NCBI GenBank assembly: GCA_937896905.1
Contig: CALBOE010000009.1
Coordinates: 43,122 to 107,121, forward strand
Direction: 5' to 3'
From: an uncultured Clostridia bacterium
Lineage (GTDB): Bacteria > Bacillota > Clostridia > Christensenellales > UBA1242
Length of the DNA: 64,000 nucleotides
The notes beneath the pieces are model-generated. The model saw only the letters and a program-made list of their open reading frames with translations, did not search any database and had not been told where the DNA came from. Made by a program: the position numbers and the translations under genes. Positions 18,753 to 27,415 of the stretch are shown piece by piece; position 1 is the stretch's first letter, and each line of letters begins with the position of its first letter.

Positions 18753-20192
18753 CTAATTTGGAAAAATTCTTAAATTTTCTTTTTCCCTAAAAGCCAAATT
18801 GTCAATTTCTCGTTCGGTTTCTAAATTTAATGCAATGTTATTATAAGAAACATGATGTTTTTGGCACAAACTTCGCAAAAGCTGCTCGTCCACATTTCTA
18901 ACTAAACTGCCCTTAATATCAAACACGTTTTCCAATTTCGCCATTAGGCTTGCTTCCACCGTTAAATCCAAAGTTGTATAACCTTGTGTATCAATGTCAC
19001 GTACAGCTTTGCTATCGCTGAATGTTAACCCTAACCTTGTGGTTTTGATTTGTAGCACAAACTTGCCAACTCTTCCTCCTTGCTTCAAGGTGGCAATACA
19101 TTCATCTGCATATCTTGCAATCTGTGCTTCTGGATAAATGTTTCTATCGAATCTGCCAAGCATATCACTCAAAATTTGACCATATACCTGCACATTGCGT
19201 ATGGATCTTGGACAATCTCCATGTTGTAGCCTTGTTTGGTTGTTTGCAATTTGTTGCTTTAAATTTTCTTTGGTTCTATATATAATGTAATTTCTTAAAT
19301 CTAAAATTTCACCATTTCTATTTGTAAGCGTTATTCCTGACGCCGCCATATACTTGCGAGCCTGTTGAAGTTTAATTGACAAATATTCGTCTATAACTTG
19401 AGCCCTTTCACTGTTGAAAGACGAATGTTTATAAACCGGCTCTTCACCAAAACCCACAAATCCATCAATAACACCCATGGCTGGGCTAATTTTCTCAGTT
19501 CCGCTAAACCAATCTGGGTGTTGTTGTTTCAATTCTTTCAAAGCACCAATAAAATATTCGGCTTGCTCATAGTCGGTGTAAATTACGAAGGCATCATTAC
19601 GGTTATCGTAAGTGTTAAATTTAAAATACACCCTCTTTTTGTCCCGCTGGCATCTGTTTAAAAGTTCGGTAGATACCCTTGCAACATTTTCCGATTTTAA
19701 GTTGACGTATAATCTACATTGCGGACTTACCTTTAATGGGAACGGACTAACGTGAATATAATCTTGATAAGTTCTGTTAGAACCAATAAACCCCTCTTTC
19801 GATTGGCTGCACATTCCCTTTATGGCAAATGATTGTTCTGAGCCAAAGAAAAAGTTATATGCATCAATTGCAGAAACGTTCGATTTTTGATAACTAGGGT
19901 TTAAAAGATAGTAATCATACAACTCTCTCATTTCCTCGCCAAGTTGTTCTGGATGAAAACTTGTTATAAAATTACGCCTTGCATCATAAACAGTTTTAAA
20001 AAACCTGTACATTTCAATCCTGTCAACCGAACCCGTGTTATGAGCATTAATCCAAATCAAAAGATCATAAGCTTGAAAAGCATCAATTGCAGAGCTTGCC
20101 GGCAGTGCTTGCAAATAATCTTTCACCAAATCTTTCATTGTTGTTGGTTGTGTGCAGTATTTTTCAATAAATTTTAATTTGCTATCTTGCAT
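18753..20192 (-). CDS. hypothetical 479-aa soluble protein
   Basis: Long ORF with RBS AAGGGGTG and its own promoter. Block RLYVNLK...VYFKF...RNDAFVIYT is reminiscent (from memory, unverified) of HopA1-effector-like family cores found scattered in Firmicutes. Confidence 0.55.
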   Translation of the reverse strand: MQDSKLKFIEKYCTQPTTMKDLVKDYLQALPASSAIDAFQAYDLLIWINAHNTGSVDRIEMYRFFKTVYDARRNFITSFHPEQLGEEMRELYDYYLLNPSYQKSNVSAIDAYNFFFGSEQSFAIKGMCSQSKEGFIGSNRTYQDYIHVSPFPLKVSPQCRLYVNLKSENVARVSTELLNRCQRDKKRVYFKFNTYDNRNDAFVIYTDYEQAEYFIGALKELKQQHPDWFSGTEKISPAMGVIDGFVGFGEEPVYKHSSFNSERAQVIDEYLSIKLQQARKYMAASGITLTNRNGEILDLRNYIIYRTKENLKQQIANNQTRLQHGDCPRSIRNVQVYGQILSDMLGRFDRNIYPEAQIARYADECIATLKQGGRVGKFVLQIKTTRLGLTFSDSKAVRDIDTQGYTTLDLTVEASLMAKLENVFDIKGSLVRNVDEQLLRSLCQKHHVSYNNIALNLETEREIDNLAFREKENLRIFPN

Positions 20193-20218
20193 GTATCAAC
20201 ACCCCTTACATATGTGTT

Positions 20219-20247
20219 ATTATACCACAATCATTTGCAATTTGCAA
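20219..20247 (-). promoter_or_regulatory. strong sigma-A promoter of the 479-aa gene
   Basis: Minus strand reads TTGCAA, 17 nt, TGG-TATAAT (extended -10), about 25 nt upstream of the ATG at 20192. Confidence 0.55.
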
Positions 20248-20255
20248 CATTAGAC

Positions 20256-20285
20256 ACAAAAAACACACGTTGAGTGTGTTTTTTG
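20256..20285 (-). terminator. rho-independent terminator of ppdK
   Basis: AACACAC-GTTGA-GTGTGTT hairpin with A/T extensions. T-run follows on the minus strand. Confidence 0.7.
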
Positions 20286-20324
20286 TTAAATTATCTTGGG
20301 AATTAATATTCTCCCGAGCTCTTT

Positions 20325-22967
20325 TTAGTTTCGTGGAAATTTAATGTTTGCTTGAGCTGCGGCTAAACGAGCAATTGGAACACGGAATGGAGAGCAAGAA
20401 ACATAATCTAAGCCAATTTTGTGGCAGAACTCAATGCTAGATGGATCTCCGCCATGTTCACCACAAATGCCTGTGTGAAGTGCTTTGTTTGCACCTGTTC
20501 CAAGGTTAATTGCCATTTCCATTAATTTTCCAACACCTGTTGTATCCAATCTTGCAAATGGGTCGCTTTCGTATATTTTGTTTGAATAGTAGCTTGGTAG
20601 GAATTTGCCAGCATCGTCACGGCTGAAGCCAAAAGTCATTTGAGTTAAGTCGTTTGTACCAAAGCAGAAGAAATCTGCCTCTTTAGCAATTTCGTCTGCA
20701 GTTAAACAAGCACGTGGAATTTCTATCATTGTACCAACTTGGTAGTTAAGTTTAACACCACTTTCTTTAATAACATTATCGGCAGTTTCAACAACAACTT
20801 TTTTAACGAACTTTAATTCTTTAATTTCGCCAACAAGTGGAATCATAATTTCTGGCACAACATTCCATTCTGGGTGACGGCGTTGAACTGCAATTGCTGC
20901 TTTAATAACAGCTTTTGTTTGCATAACTGCAATTTCTGGGTATGTTACAGTTAAACGGCAACCACGGTGCCCCATCATTGGGTTAAATTCGTGTAAATCG
21001 TTGATAATTTGTTTAATTTCTGCAACTGTTTTGCCTTGTGTTTTTGCTAAGTTTGCAATATCTTCTTCGTTTGTTGGAACGAATTCGTGTAGAGGTGGAT
21101 CTAAGAAACGAATAGTTACAGGTTGACCTTTAAGTGCTTCCATTAAGCCTTCGAAGTCCGCTTGTTGCATTGGTTCAATTTTTGCAAGAGCCGCTTCACG
21201 TTCTTCAACCGTGTCGGAACAAATCATTTCACGGAAAGCACCAATTCTTGCAGGATCGAAGAACATATGTTCTGTTCTGCACAAACCAATTCCTTGTGCG
21301 CCTAATTCTGCTGCACGTGTTGCGTCTGCAGGAGTGTCTGCATTAGTTTTAACGCCTAATGCTTTATACTTATCTGCCAACTTCATAATTCTGCCAAAAT
21401 AGCCACTATTTGGGTCTGCTGGAACAGTTTTAATCATTCCATCATAAATCTTACCAGTTGAACCATCTAGTGAAAGTTCGTCGCCTTCACGGTATGTTTT
21501 GCCAGCAAGTGTGAAGAATTTGCTTTCTTCATTCATTTTAATGTCGCCACAGCCAGAAACGCAGCATGTTCCCATGCCCCTAGCAACAACCGCTGCGTGA
21601 GAAGTTTGACCACCACGAACAGTTAAAATACCTTGAGCATATTTCATACCTTCAATGTCTTCTGGGCTTGTTTCTAAACGAACAAGAATAACTTTTTTAC
21701 CTTTTTTGCCTTGTTCTACAGCGTCTTCTGCCGTAAATACAATGTGGCCTGCAGCTGCACCTGGGCTTGCTGCAATACCTTTGCCAACAACATTAAATTT
21801 ATCTGCATTAGCAAGTGCTTGCGCATCGAATTGTGGGTGCAAAAGCATATCTAGGGTTTTTGCATCTATTTGCATTAATGCTTGTTGTTCGGTAATCATG
21901 CCTTCGTCAATTAAATCGCAAGCAATTTTAATTGCAGCAGCGGCAGTTCTTTTGCCATTACGGGTTTGAAGCATATATAATTTTTTATCTTCAATGGTAA
22001 ATTCCATATCTTGCATATCACGGTAGTGATTTTCAAGAGTGTCGCAAATTTTCTTAAATTGAGTGTAGCATTCTGGCATAATTTCTGCCATTTTTTCAAT
22101 AGGCATTGGAGTTCTAACACCCGCCACAACGTCTTCACCTTGTGCATTCATTAAGAATTCTCCCATTAAACCCTTTTCGCCGGTTGCTGGGTTACGTGTG
22201 AAAGCAACGCCTGTGCCAGATGTTTCACCAAGGTTACCAAATGCCATCATTTGCACGTTAACCGCTGTTCCCCAAGAATAAGGAATGTCGTGATCCATAC
22301 GGTAAATGTTGGCACGAGGGTTATCCCAAGAACGGAAAACCGCCTTAATTGCTTCAAATAATTGTTCTTTTGGATCGCTTGGGAAATCTTTGCCAAGTTG
22401 ATTTTTATATTCTGCTTTAAAAGACATTGCCAAATCTTTTAAATCTTCTGCAGTAAGGTCAAGGTCCTGAGTGATGCCCTTTTCTTCTTTCTTTTTATCG
22501 ATAAGTTTTTCAAAATATTTCTTACCAACTTCCATAACAACGTCACTAAACATTTGAATAAAACGTCTGTAACAGTCCCAAGCCCAACGTGGGTTTCCAC
22601 TCTTTTTAGAAAGAGTTTCTACAACTTCTTCGTTTAAACCAAGGTTAAGAATTGTGTCCATCATACCTGGCATACTAGCACGCGCACCCGAACGAACAGA
22701 AACTAGAAGTGGATTTTCTTTATCACCAAATTTTTTGCCAGTGATTTTTTCCATTTTAGAAATGTTTTCCATAATTTCATTACGGATACCATCGTTAATT
22801 TGGCGGCCATCTTCGTAATATTGAGTGCAAGCTTCGGTTGAAATTGTAAAACCTTGTGGCACTGGTAAACCAATTTTGGTCATTTCAGCAAGGTTAGCAC
22901 CCTTTCCTCCAAGAAGTTCACGCATTGATGCATCGCCTTCGCTGAATAAATAAACGTATTTTTTCAT
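20325..22967 (-). CDS. ppdK: pyruvate, phosphate dikinase
   Basis: 880 aa. GGKGANLAEM ATP-grasp start, phospho-His loop GGQTSHAAVVARGMG, C-terminal PEP-utilising block FFCFGTNDLTQ. Confidence 0.95.
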   Translation of the reverse strand: MKKYVYLFSEGDASMRELLGGKGANLAEMTKIGLPVPQGFTISTEACTQYYEDGRQINDGIRNEIMENISKMEKITGKKFGDKENPLLVSVRSGARASMPGMMDTILNLGLNEEVVETLSKKSGNPRWAWDCYRRFIQMFSDVVMEVGKKYFEKLIDKKKEEKGITQDLDLTAEDLKDLAMSFKAEYKNQLGKDFPSDPKEQLFEAIKAVFRSWDNPRANIYRMDHDIPYSWGTAVNVQMMAFGNLGETSGTGVAFTRNPATGEKGLMGEFLMNAQGEDVVAGVRTPMPIEKMAEIMPECYTQFKKICDTLENHYRDMQDMEFTIEDKKLYMLQTRNGKRTAAAAIKIACDLIDEGMITEQQALMQIDAKTLDMLLHPQFDAQALANADKFNVVGKGIAASPGAAAGHIVFTAEDAVEQGKKGKKVILVRLETSPEDIEGMKYAQGILTVRGGQTSHAAVVARGMGTCCVSGCGDIKMNEESKFFTLAGKTYREGDELSLDGSTGKIYDGMIKTVPADPNSGYFGRIMKLADKYKALGVKTNADTPADATRAAELGAQGIGLCRTEHMFFDPARIGAFREMICSDTVEEREAALAKIEPMQQADFEGLMEALKGQPVTIRFLDPPLHEFVPTNEEDIANLAKTQGKTVAEIKQIINDLHEFNPMMGHRGCRLTVTYPEIAVMQTKAVIKAAIAVQRRHPEWNVVPEIMIPLVGEIKELKFVKKVVVETADNVIKESGVKLNYQVGTMIEIPRACLTADEIAKEADFFCFGTNDLTQMTFGFSRDDAGKFLPSYYSNKIYESDPFARLDTTGVGKLMEMAINLGTGANKALHTGICGEHGGDPSSIEFCHKIGLDYVSCSPFRVPIARLAAAQANIKFPRN

Positions 22968-23069
22968 ATTTTCTCCCTTTAAAACTATATAAGTTTACAA
23001 AAACAACAAAAAAAAAGCAACTAAAATTAAGCGATTAGCCTATAATTGTTGCTTTTTGGGCTTTTCAAC

Positions 23070-23585
23070 CTAAACACTCAAGCTTTGCGCTGCACTTATT
23101 TCGGCCTGCAATGCCTTAACACAGTTAGTAAACCTGCCAACCTCCGTTTCCAATGTTAAATAATCGGAACTTTGTTTGCTTGTGTTAATCAACATTTCAT
23201 CATAAATGTTAATTAACATTTTTGCATACATCAAGGCAAATTTTTTTCTGTTAGCATTGCCTTGTTTGTTTGAATTATTGTCACGATAACCTTGCCTTAA
23301 CATCCTAGAAACATCATATAACTGGTCTTTTGTGGCAGCTTTATTTTCTTTAATCCAAATTTTTGAAATGTTAATTATTTCTTTAATGCATTGTTTCAAC
23401 TTGCCATTTATTAATTCTTGTTCACCAATTTCTAAGTTGGGTTCTTTGCTTGCCAACATTAAAAATGAAACTGCACTTTTATAACATTCTACTGCCGCAG
23501 GGTACTGCTGTTCGGCTTTTCTAATATCCGCCACCTCTATTAGTCGTTTTGCTGTGTTTAAGTTGTTACTATTTTGTGTGTTCAT
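23070..23585 (-). CDS. hypothetical helical protein
   Basis: 171-aa ORF predicted by eye to be all-helical. N-terminal AKRLIEVADIRKAEQQYPAAVECYKSAVSFLMLA has a weak MIT/TPR-like look. Confidence 0.45.
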   Translation of the reverse strand: MNTQNSNNLNTAKRLIEVADIRKAEQQYPAAVECYKSAVSFLMLASKEPNLEIGEQELINGKLKQCIKEIINISKIWIKENKAATKDQLYDVSRMLRQGYRDNNSNKQGNANRKKFALMYAKMLINIYDEMLINTSKQSSDYLTLETEVGRFTNCVKALQAEISAAQSLSV

Positions 23586-23635
23586 ATTTACCTCAAGTTA
23601 ATTTATTTTTTCTAGTTTCAATTATGCAAAATTCA

Positions 23636-24322
23636 CTAAATAAATGCAAATGTTTTTATTTCTTCGCCATATTTTAAATATATTATTTTGTTAAGTAATC
23701 TTAATGCCTGTTTAAGTGTTGACTCATTAAAGTTTTCTGCTTTGCATTCAGCACCAAAATTGTTGATTTGTTTTAAAACGTTATATACTTTTTTATCTAT
23801 GGTTAAGCAATCGTTGGTGCGATTTAAACAAAAATTTCCGTTTAACGTATCTAAATAAACATAATCTGCGTTATAAAATTCTTGCCCCAACCCTGTAAAA
23901 GTTAAAAATTTTAAAACATAATCTATTGTTGCAACATATTCATTATTATTTTCTATGCTATTTAAGGTGTTTATTGTTAACAAAAATAAGTCTGGTTCGC
24001 TTTTTTCTGCTGGAAGAATTGTTTTAATTATGTCTAACACAATATATCCGCAAATGGTTTTGTTATAGTTGGTTAGAATTGTATAGAAGTTATCTATTAA
24101 ATCTGCCGTTGTTATTTTTCTTAAATTATTCCTTTCTATTATGCTAAAATCCGCTAACACAAAGGGCTGAGCAATGCCTTTTAGTTTTGCATTTTCTCTT
24201 TTCACCCCTGTGAATTTTGCAGAAATTACACCATGCTCTAAGGAAAAAATAGATGCAAGTTTGTCTGCATCTTTATAGTCGGTTAACTTTAAAACAATGC
24301 CTTTAAATTTGTTCTCGTTCAT
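23636..24322 (-). CDS. recO: DNA repair protein RecO
   Basis: N-terminal OB-fold pattern (GIVLKLTDYKDADKLASIFSLEHGVISAKFTGVKR). Position downstream of era/yqzL as in Bacillus. Confidence 0.8.
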   Translation of the reverse strand: MNENKFKGIVLKLTDYKDADKLASIFSLEHGVISAKFTGVKRENAKLKGIAQPFVLADFSIIERNNLRKITTADLIDNFYTILTNYNKTICGYIVLDIIKTILPAEKSEPDLFLLTINTLNSIENNNEYVATIDYVLKFLTFTGLGQEFYNADYVYLDTLNGNFCLNRTNDCLTIDKKVYNVLKQINNFGAECKAENFNESTLKQALRLLNKIIYLKYGEEIKTFAFI

Positions 24323-24342
24323 TTCTCCGTTGTAGCTTTATA

Positions 24343-24513
24343 TTATATTGTTAATTCTTCTTCCCTTTCGCCCAACAATTCTTGTTTTGGCAACAAAACA
24401 GGTGTTTTGGTTCTTTCTATGGTGCGTGAAAGCACAAAAAATATAGGGCTACCGGTTTGATAAAACAGTTCGCTATAACTATTTGCAAGTGTTTGCACTT
24501 GTTTATTATTCAT
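24343..24513 (-). CDS. small YqzL-like protein (56 aa; below the ORF-track cutoff)
   Basis: Own translation: MNNKQVQTLANSYSELFYQTGSPIFFVLSRTIERTKTPVLLPKQELLGEREEELTI. AGGAG RBS 8 nt upstream. F-x-Q-T-G core and era-[small ORF]-recO position match B. subtilis yqzL. Confidence 0.45.
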   Translation of the reverse strand: MNNKQVQTLANSYSELFYQTGSPIFFVLSRTIERTKTPVLLPKQELLGEREEELTI

Positions 24514-24561
24514 ACTTCGCACTCCTTTTTCATTTATTTATTCTATGTGGAAAGTGAAAAT

Positions 24562-25941
24562 TTATTCACTGGCAGTTAATCCAAAACTCTTAAGTGCTTT
24601 GTCGTCATTGCGCCAGTTTGCTTTAACTTTCACAAAAAGTTGCAAGTTAACCCTTTCGCCAATCAACCTTTCAATGCTTTGACGAGCTTTAGTGGAAATT
24701 TCCTTAATTTTGTCGCCATTTTTGCCTAGAATAATGGCTTTGTGGCTTTCTTTTTCGCAATACACTTCTGCATAAATTTGCACTGGCGTTTCGTTTTCTT
24801 TATAATCTGTTACCACCACTTGAATTCCGTGCGGAACTTCATCGTCTAAAAGCAAAAGCGCCTTTTCACGCACAATTTCTGCCGTCATATGGCGCAGATT
24901 ACGGTCGGTGTAATCTCCTTCTGGGTAATACCTCATTTCGAAATTAAACGTTGGCAAATATTTTTTAATCATATCAATTAAAACGTCACAATTTTTGCCC
25001 GTTAATGCCGAAATTGGCAAAACTTCGTCCACCTGAGACGCGTCTAGTGTTGCCAACTGCGGATACAATTTTTCGTATTTAACTTCGTCTATTTTGTTAA
25101 TTATTAAAATCTTTTTTGCGTTGGCTGTAACTTTTTTGTTTAGTTTGTTAAACTGCTCGGCCAAAGGTTTTTTTGCACTTATAAGCATTAACACAATTTC
25201 AGTGTCCGCTTGGGCGGTTTCTATATGCTTATCCATTTCGTCATCAATTTTGGTTGCTCGTTTGTGATAGCCAGGCGTATCTACAAACACAATTTGAGTG
25301 GTTTTGTCGTTATACACTCCAATTAAATTTTCCCTTGTTGTTTGAGTTTTTGGGCTAACAATTGCAACGTGTTCGCCAACCAGTTGGTTGATAAGCGTGC
25401 TTTTGCCAACATTTGTTTCGCCCAAAATGGTAACAAATCCGCTTTTAAATTCTATTTGTTTTTCTTCCCTTGTTATGTTTAGGTTGTTTAAAATTTCTGC
25501 TTGTTTTTTTGTCATAATTTCTTCGTCTTGCTTTTCAATATGGTCGTATCCGCAAAGGTGAAGCATTGCATGGCAAAACAAAAAGCAAACTTCCCTTTTA
25601 ACACTGTGCCCATATTCTTTTGCCTGTTCTTCGGCACGTTTTAAACATATGAAAATGTCTCCCAAAACAAGACGTTTATCTTCTGGATCTATATCATAAA
25701 CATAGTCCTTAAGTTTTAATTTTTCACCCACTTTTAAGTTGGTGTAAGGATAACTTAAAACGTCGGTAACCTTATCTACGTTTCTGGTGGTTTTGTTAAG
25801 TTCTCTAATTTCGCTTTCACTAACAAAACTTAAATTAACCTTAATTTTAACAGGCAAAGAAAGAGTTTTTGAAATTTCTTCATAAACCCTGGTTAAATTT
25901 TGCTTTATTTCCGCGTTGGTTTCGGTTATAAACTCAATCAT
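24562..25941 (-). CDS. fusion protein: endoribonuclease YbeY (N-terminal) + GTPase Era (C-terminal)
   Basis: Residues about 1-150 carry the YbeY HxxxHxxxxxH zinc motif (HAMLHLCGYDH). Residues about 165-459 carry Era G1-G4 (GETNVGKSTL, DTPG, NKID) and the KH domain (ILGKNGDKIKEISTKAR...VKVKANWR). Single uninterrupted ORF. Confidence 0.85.
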   Translation of the reverse strand: MIEFITETNAEIKQNLTRVYEEISKTLSLPVKIKVNLSFVSESEIRELNKTTRNVDKVTDVLSYPYTNLKVGEKLKLKDYVYDIDPEDKRLVLGDIFICLKRAEEQAKEYGHSVKREVCFLFCHAMLHLCGYDHIEKQDEEIMTKKQAEILNNLNITREEKQIEFKSGFVTILGETNVGKSTLINQLVGEHVAIVSPKTQTTRENLIGVYNDKTTQIVFVDTPGYHKRATKIDDEMDKHIETAQADTEIVLMLISAKKPLAEQFNKLNKKVTANAKKILIINKIDEVKYEKLYPQLATLDASQVDEVLPISALTGKNCDVLIDMIKKYLPTFNFEMRYYPEGDYTDRNLRHMTAEIVREKALLLLDDEVPHGIQVVVTDYKENETPVQIYAEVYCEKESHKAIILGKNGDKIKEISTKARQSIERLIGERVNLQLFVKVKANWRNDDKALKSFGLTASE

Positions 25942-27025
25942 TAATTTGCCCTTTAATTGTTATTATTGTTGTTGCAAACAATGTGCCGTTTTGAATTGTT
26001 GTTTCCTTAGTTCTAGAAATTTCTTCATAAACCTCTGGCAACGTCTGTTCGGCTTGTTGTTCACTTTGCTTAAGCAAACTTCCCTTTTCTTCCTCTAAAT
26101 TATGCGTGATTTGCTTGGTGGTTAGTTCGTGATAAACATCAACCCTACGTTTAAATGGAAGCAGTTTGCTTATGTTTTCATTATAACTAACAACTTTGAA
26201 AAGTGCAAACGAATTTTTGTTTTTGCCCTTAAATAAATTAAATTTAAAAAGATGATAGGAATACACCTTTTTTGTTTTGCCAGTTTTTACTAAAATTGTT
26301 TCGTTTTGGCTTAATTGGCACTTGCCCACAACAAAAATTGTGGCATATATGTCCGCCTTTGGTTGCACCGAAATTTTGTTGCCAGAACTATCTAAATTAA
26401 AGGGTAAAATTAAAGAGTCTCCAACGTTAACATAATCACCAACCTTAATGTTTGTTGTGCCTGTTATAAGGTTAATTTTTGTTATAATTCCGCTATATTT
26501 TGCAGTAATCGGCTTAAAAACTTGTTCGTTATATACCAACTTTTCGCTTAAATCAATAATTATGGCAGTTCCTTGTTTAATAACCGACACCTGCGCTAGT
26601 TTATTGTAGTTGTTAAGCAAAATTGCTTCTATTTCTTCGCTTGTTTGGCGGTTAATTTTGCCAATGGAAACATTATTTTGTTTAAGGACCTGAATAATTT
26701 CGTTTGGTTGTAAATCTTTGGTGCCATAAATTTTAATTTGCCAAGTGTAATTGCTTGCCCAAATTCCAAAAATTGTGCCAATTGTTAAACCTAAAATAGC
26801 CCCCAAATTTGCCCACAAAAATTTTGGCAATCGTTTAAAATGGCCTGGCGTTTGTTTAACCTTAAAATTTGCAACGTACCGCTTAACTTTTTTTACGTGA
26901 TGCTCATTAACTTCAAAAGAAATCTGATTGTGGTTTGTGCGGTTAATATTATAAAGTTGAATTTTCTTGCGGTGTAAAGTTTTTAATAAGTTATCTATGT
27001 TATAGCCAGTAAGTTCAAATTTCAT
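25934..27025 (-). CDS. yqfD: sporulation protein YqfD
   Basis: 363 aa with one central TM helix and YqfD-like layout. Directly follows yqfC (ATGA overlap). Confidence 0.75.
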   Translation of the reverse strand: MKFELTGYNIDNLLKTLHRKKIQLYNINRTNHNQISFEVNEHHVKKVKRYVANFKVKQTPGHFKRLPKFLWANLGAILGLTIGTIFGIWASNYTWQIKIYGTKDLQPNEIIQVLKQNNVSIGKINRQTSEEIEAILLNNYNKLAQVSVIKQGTAIIIDLSEKLVYNEQVFKPITAKYSGIITKINLITGTTNIKVGDYVNVGDSLILPFNLDSSGNKISVQPKADIYATIFVVGKCQLSQNETILVKTGKTKKVYSYHLFKFNLFKGKNKNSFALFKVVSYNENISKLLPFKRRVDVYHELTTKQITHNLEEEKGSLLKQSEQQAEQTLPEVYEEISRTKETTIQNGTLFATTIITIKGQIND

Positions 27026-27276
27026 TTAACCCCCACAGAACATATTTCGCCTGAAATTATGCAAGACGAACTATCTAAATAATCAATTTTAAGCCCAACC
27101 CCCACCACCGCTAAAGCTCCACTTTTAAGTTGAAATTGCATTTCGTTTTCGCCAAAACAAATAACGTTTTTAATCCCTTCCACATACAGTTTTTTACCAC
27201 CTAAATTGATTACCCTATAATTAAACGAGCCACCAATTTCATTCATCATCTTTTCAATTTCTTGCATCATATTCAT
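27022..27276 (-). CDS. yqfC: sporulation protein YqfC (YabP family)
   Basis: 84-aa YabP-fold pattern (LYVEGIKNVICFGENEMQFQ...ISGEI). Paired with yqfD. Confidence 0.7.
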   Translation of the reverse strand: MNMMQEIEKMMNEIGGSFNYRVINLGGKKLYVEGIKNVICFGENEMQFQLKSGALAVVGVGLKIDYLDSSSCIISGEICSVGVK

Positions 27277-27385
27277 AGTAAATTATATGAAACAGAATGA
27301 AAAAAAAGACGGTTTCGTCTTTTAATTGTTGTAGTTGGAACCTTTCTCTTATACAATAAGCAACTTATTCGTAATGTGATAATGC

Positions 27386-27415
27386 AAAAAACAGCACAAT
27401 TAAGTGCTGTTTTTT
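27386..27415 (-). terminator. rho-independent terminator of the ABC-F gene
   Basis: ACAGCAC-6 nt-GTGCTGT hairpin flanked by A/T runs, overlapping the stop codon region. Confidence 0.65.

Noticed and set aside
21655-21969. Ala-rich 104-aa plus-strand ORF and other 60-160-aa ORFs nested antisense in ppdK, clpC, parC, parE, dnaE, murE and PBP.
   Set aside because: They lie entirely inside long, confidently identified genes on the other strand. They have low-complexity, shadow-like composition and no RBS.
27301-27323. Second small hairpin (AAAAGACG-GTTT-CGTCTTTT) upstream of yqfC, as a possible attenuator or riboswitch terminator.
   Set aside because: The surrounding 137-nt gap is too short and featureless for a known riboswitch aptamer. 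It is most simply a second, weak bidirectional terminator backing up the ABC-F terminator.
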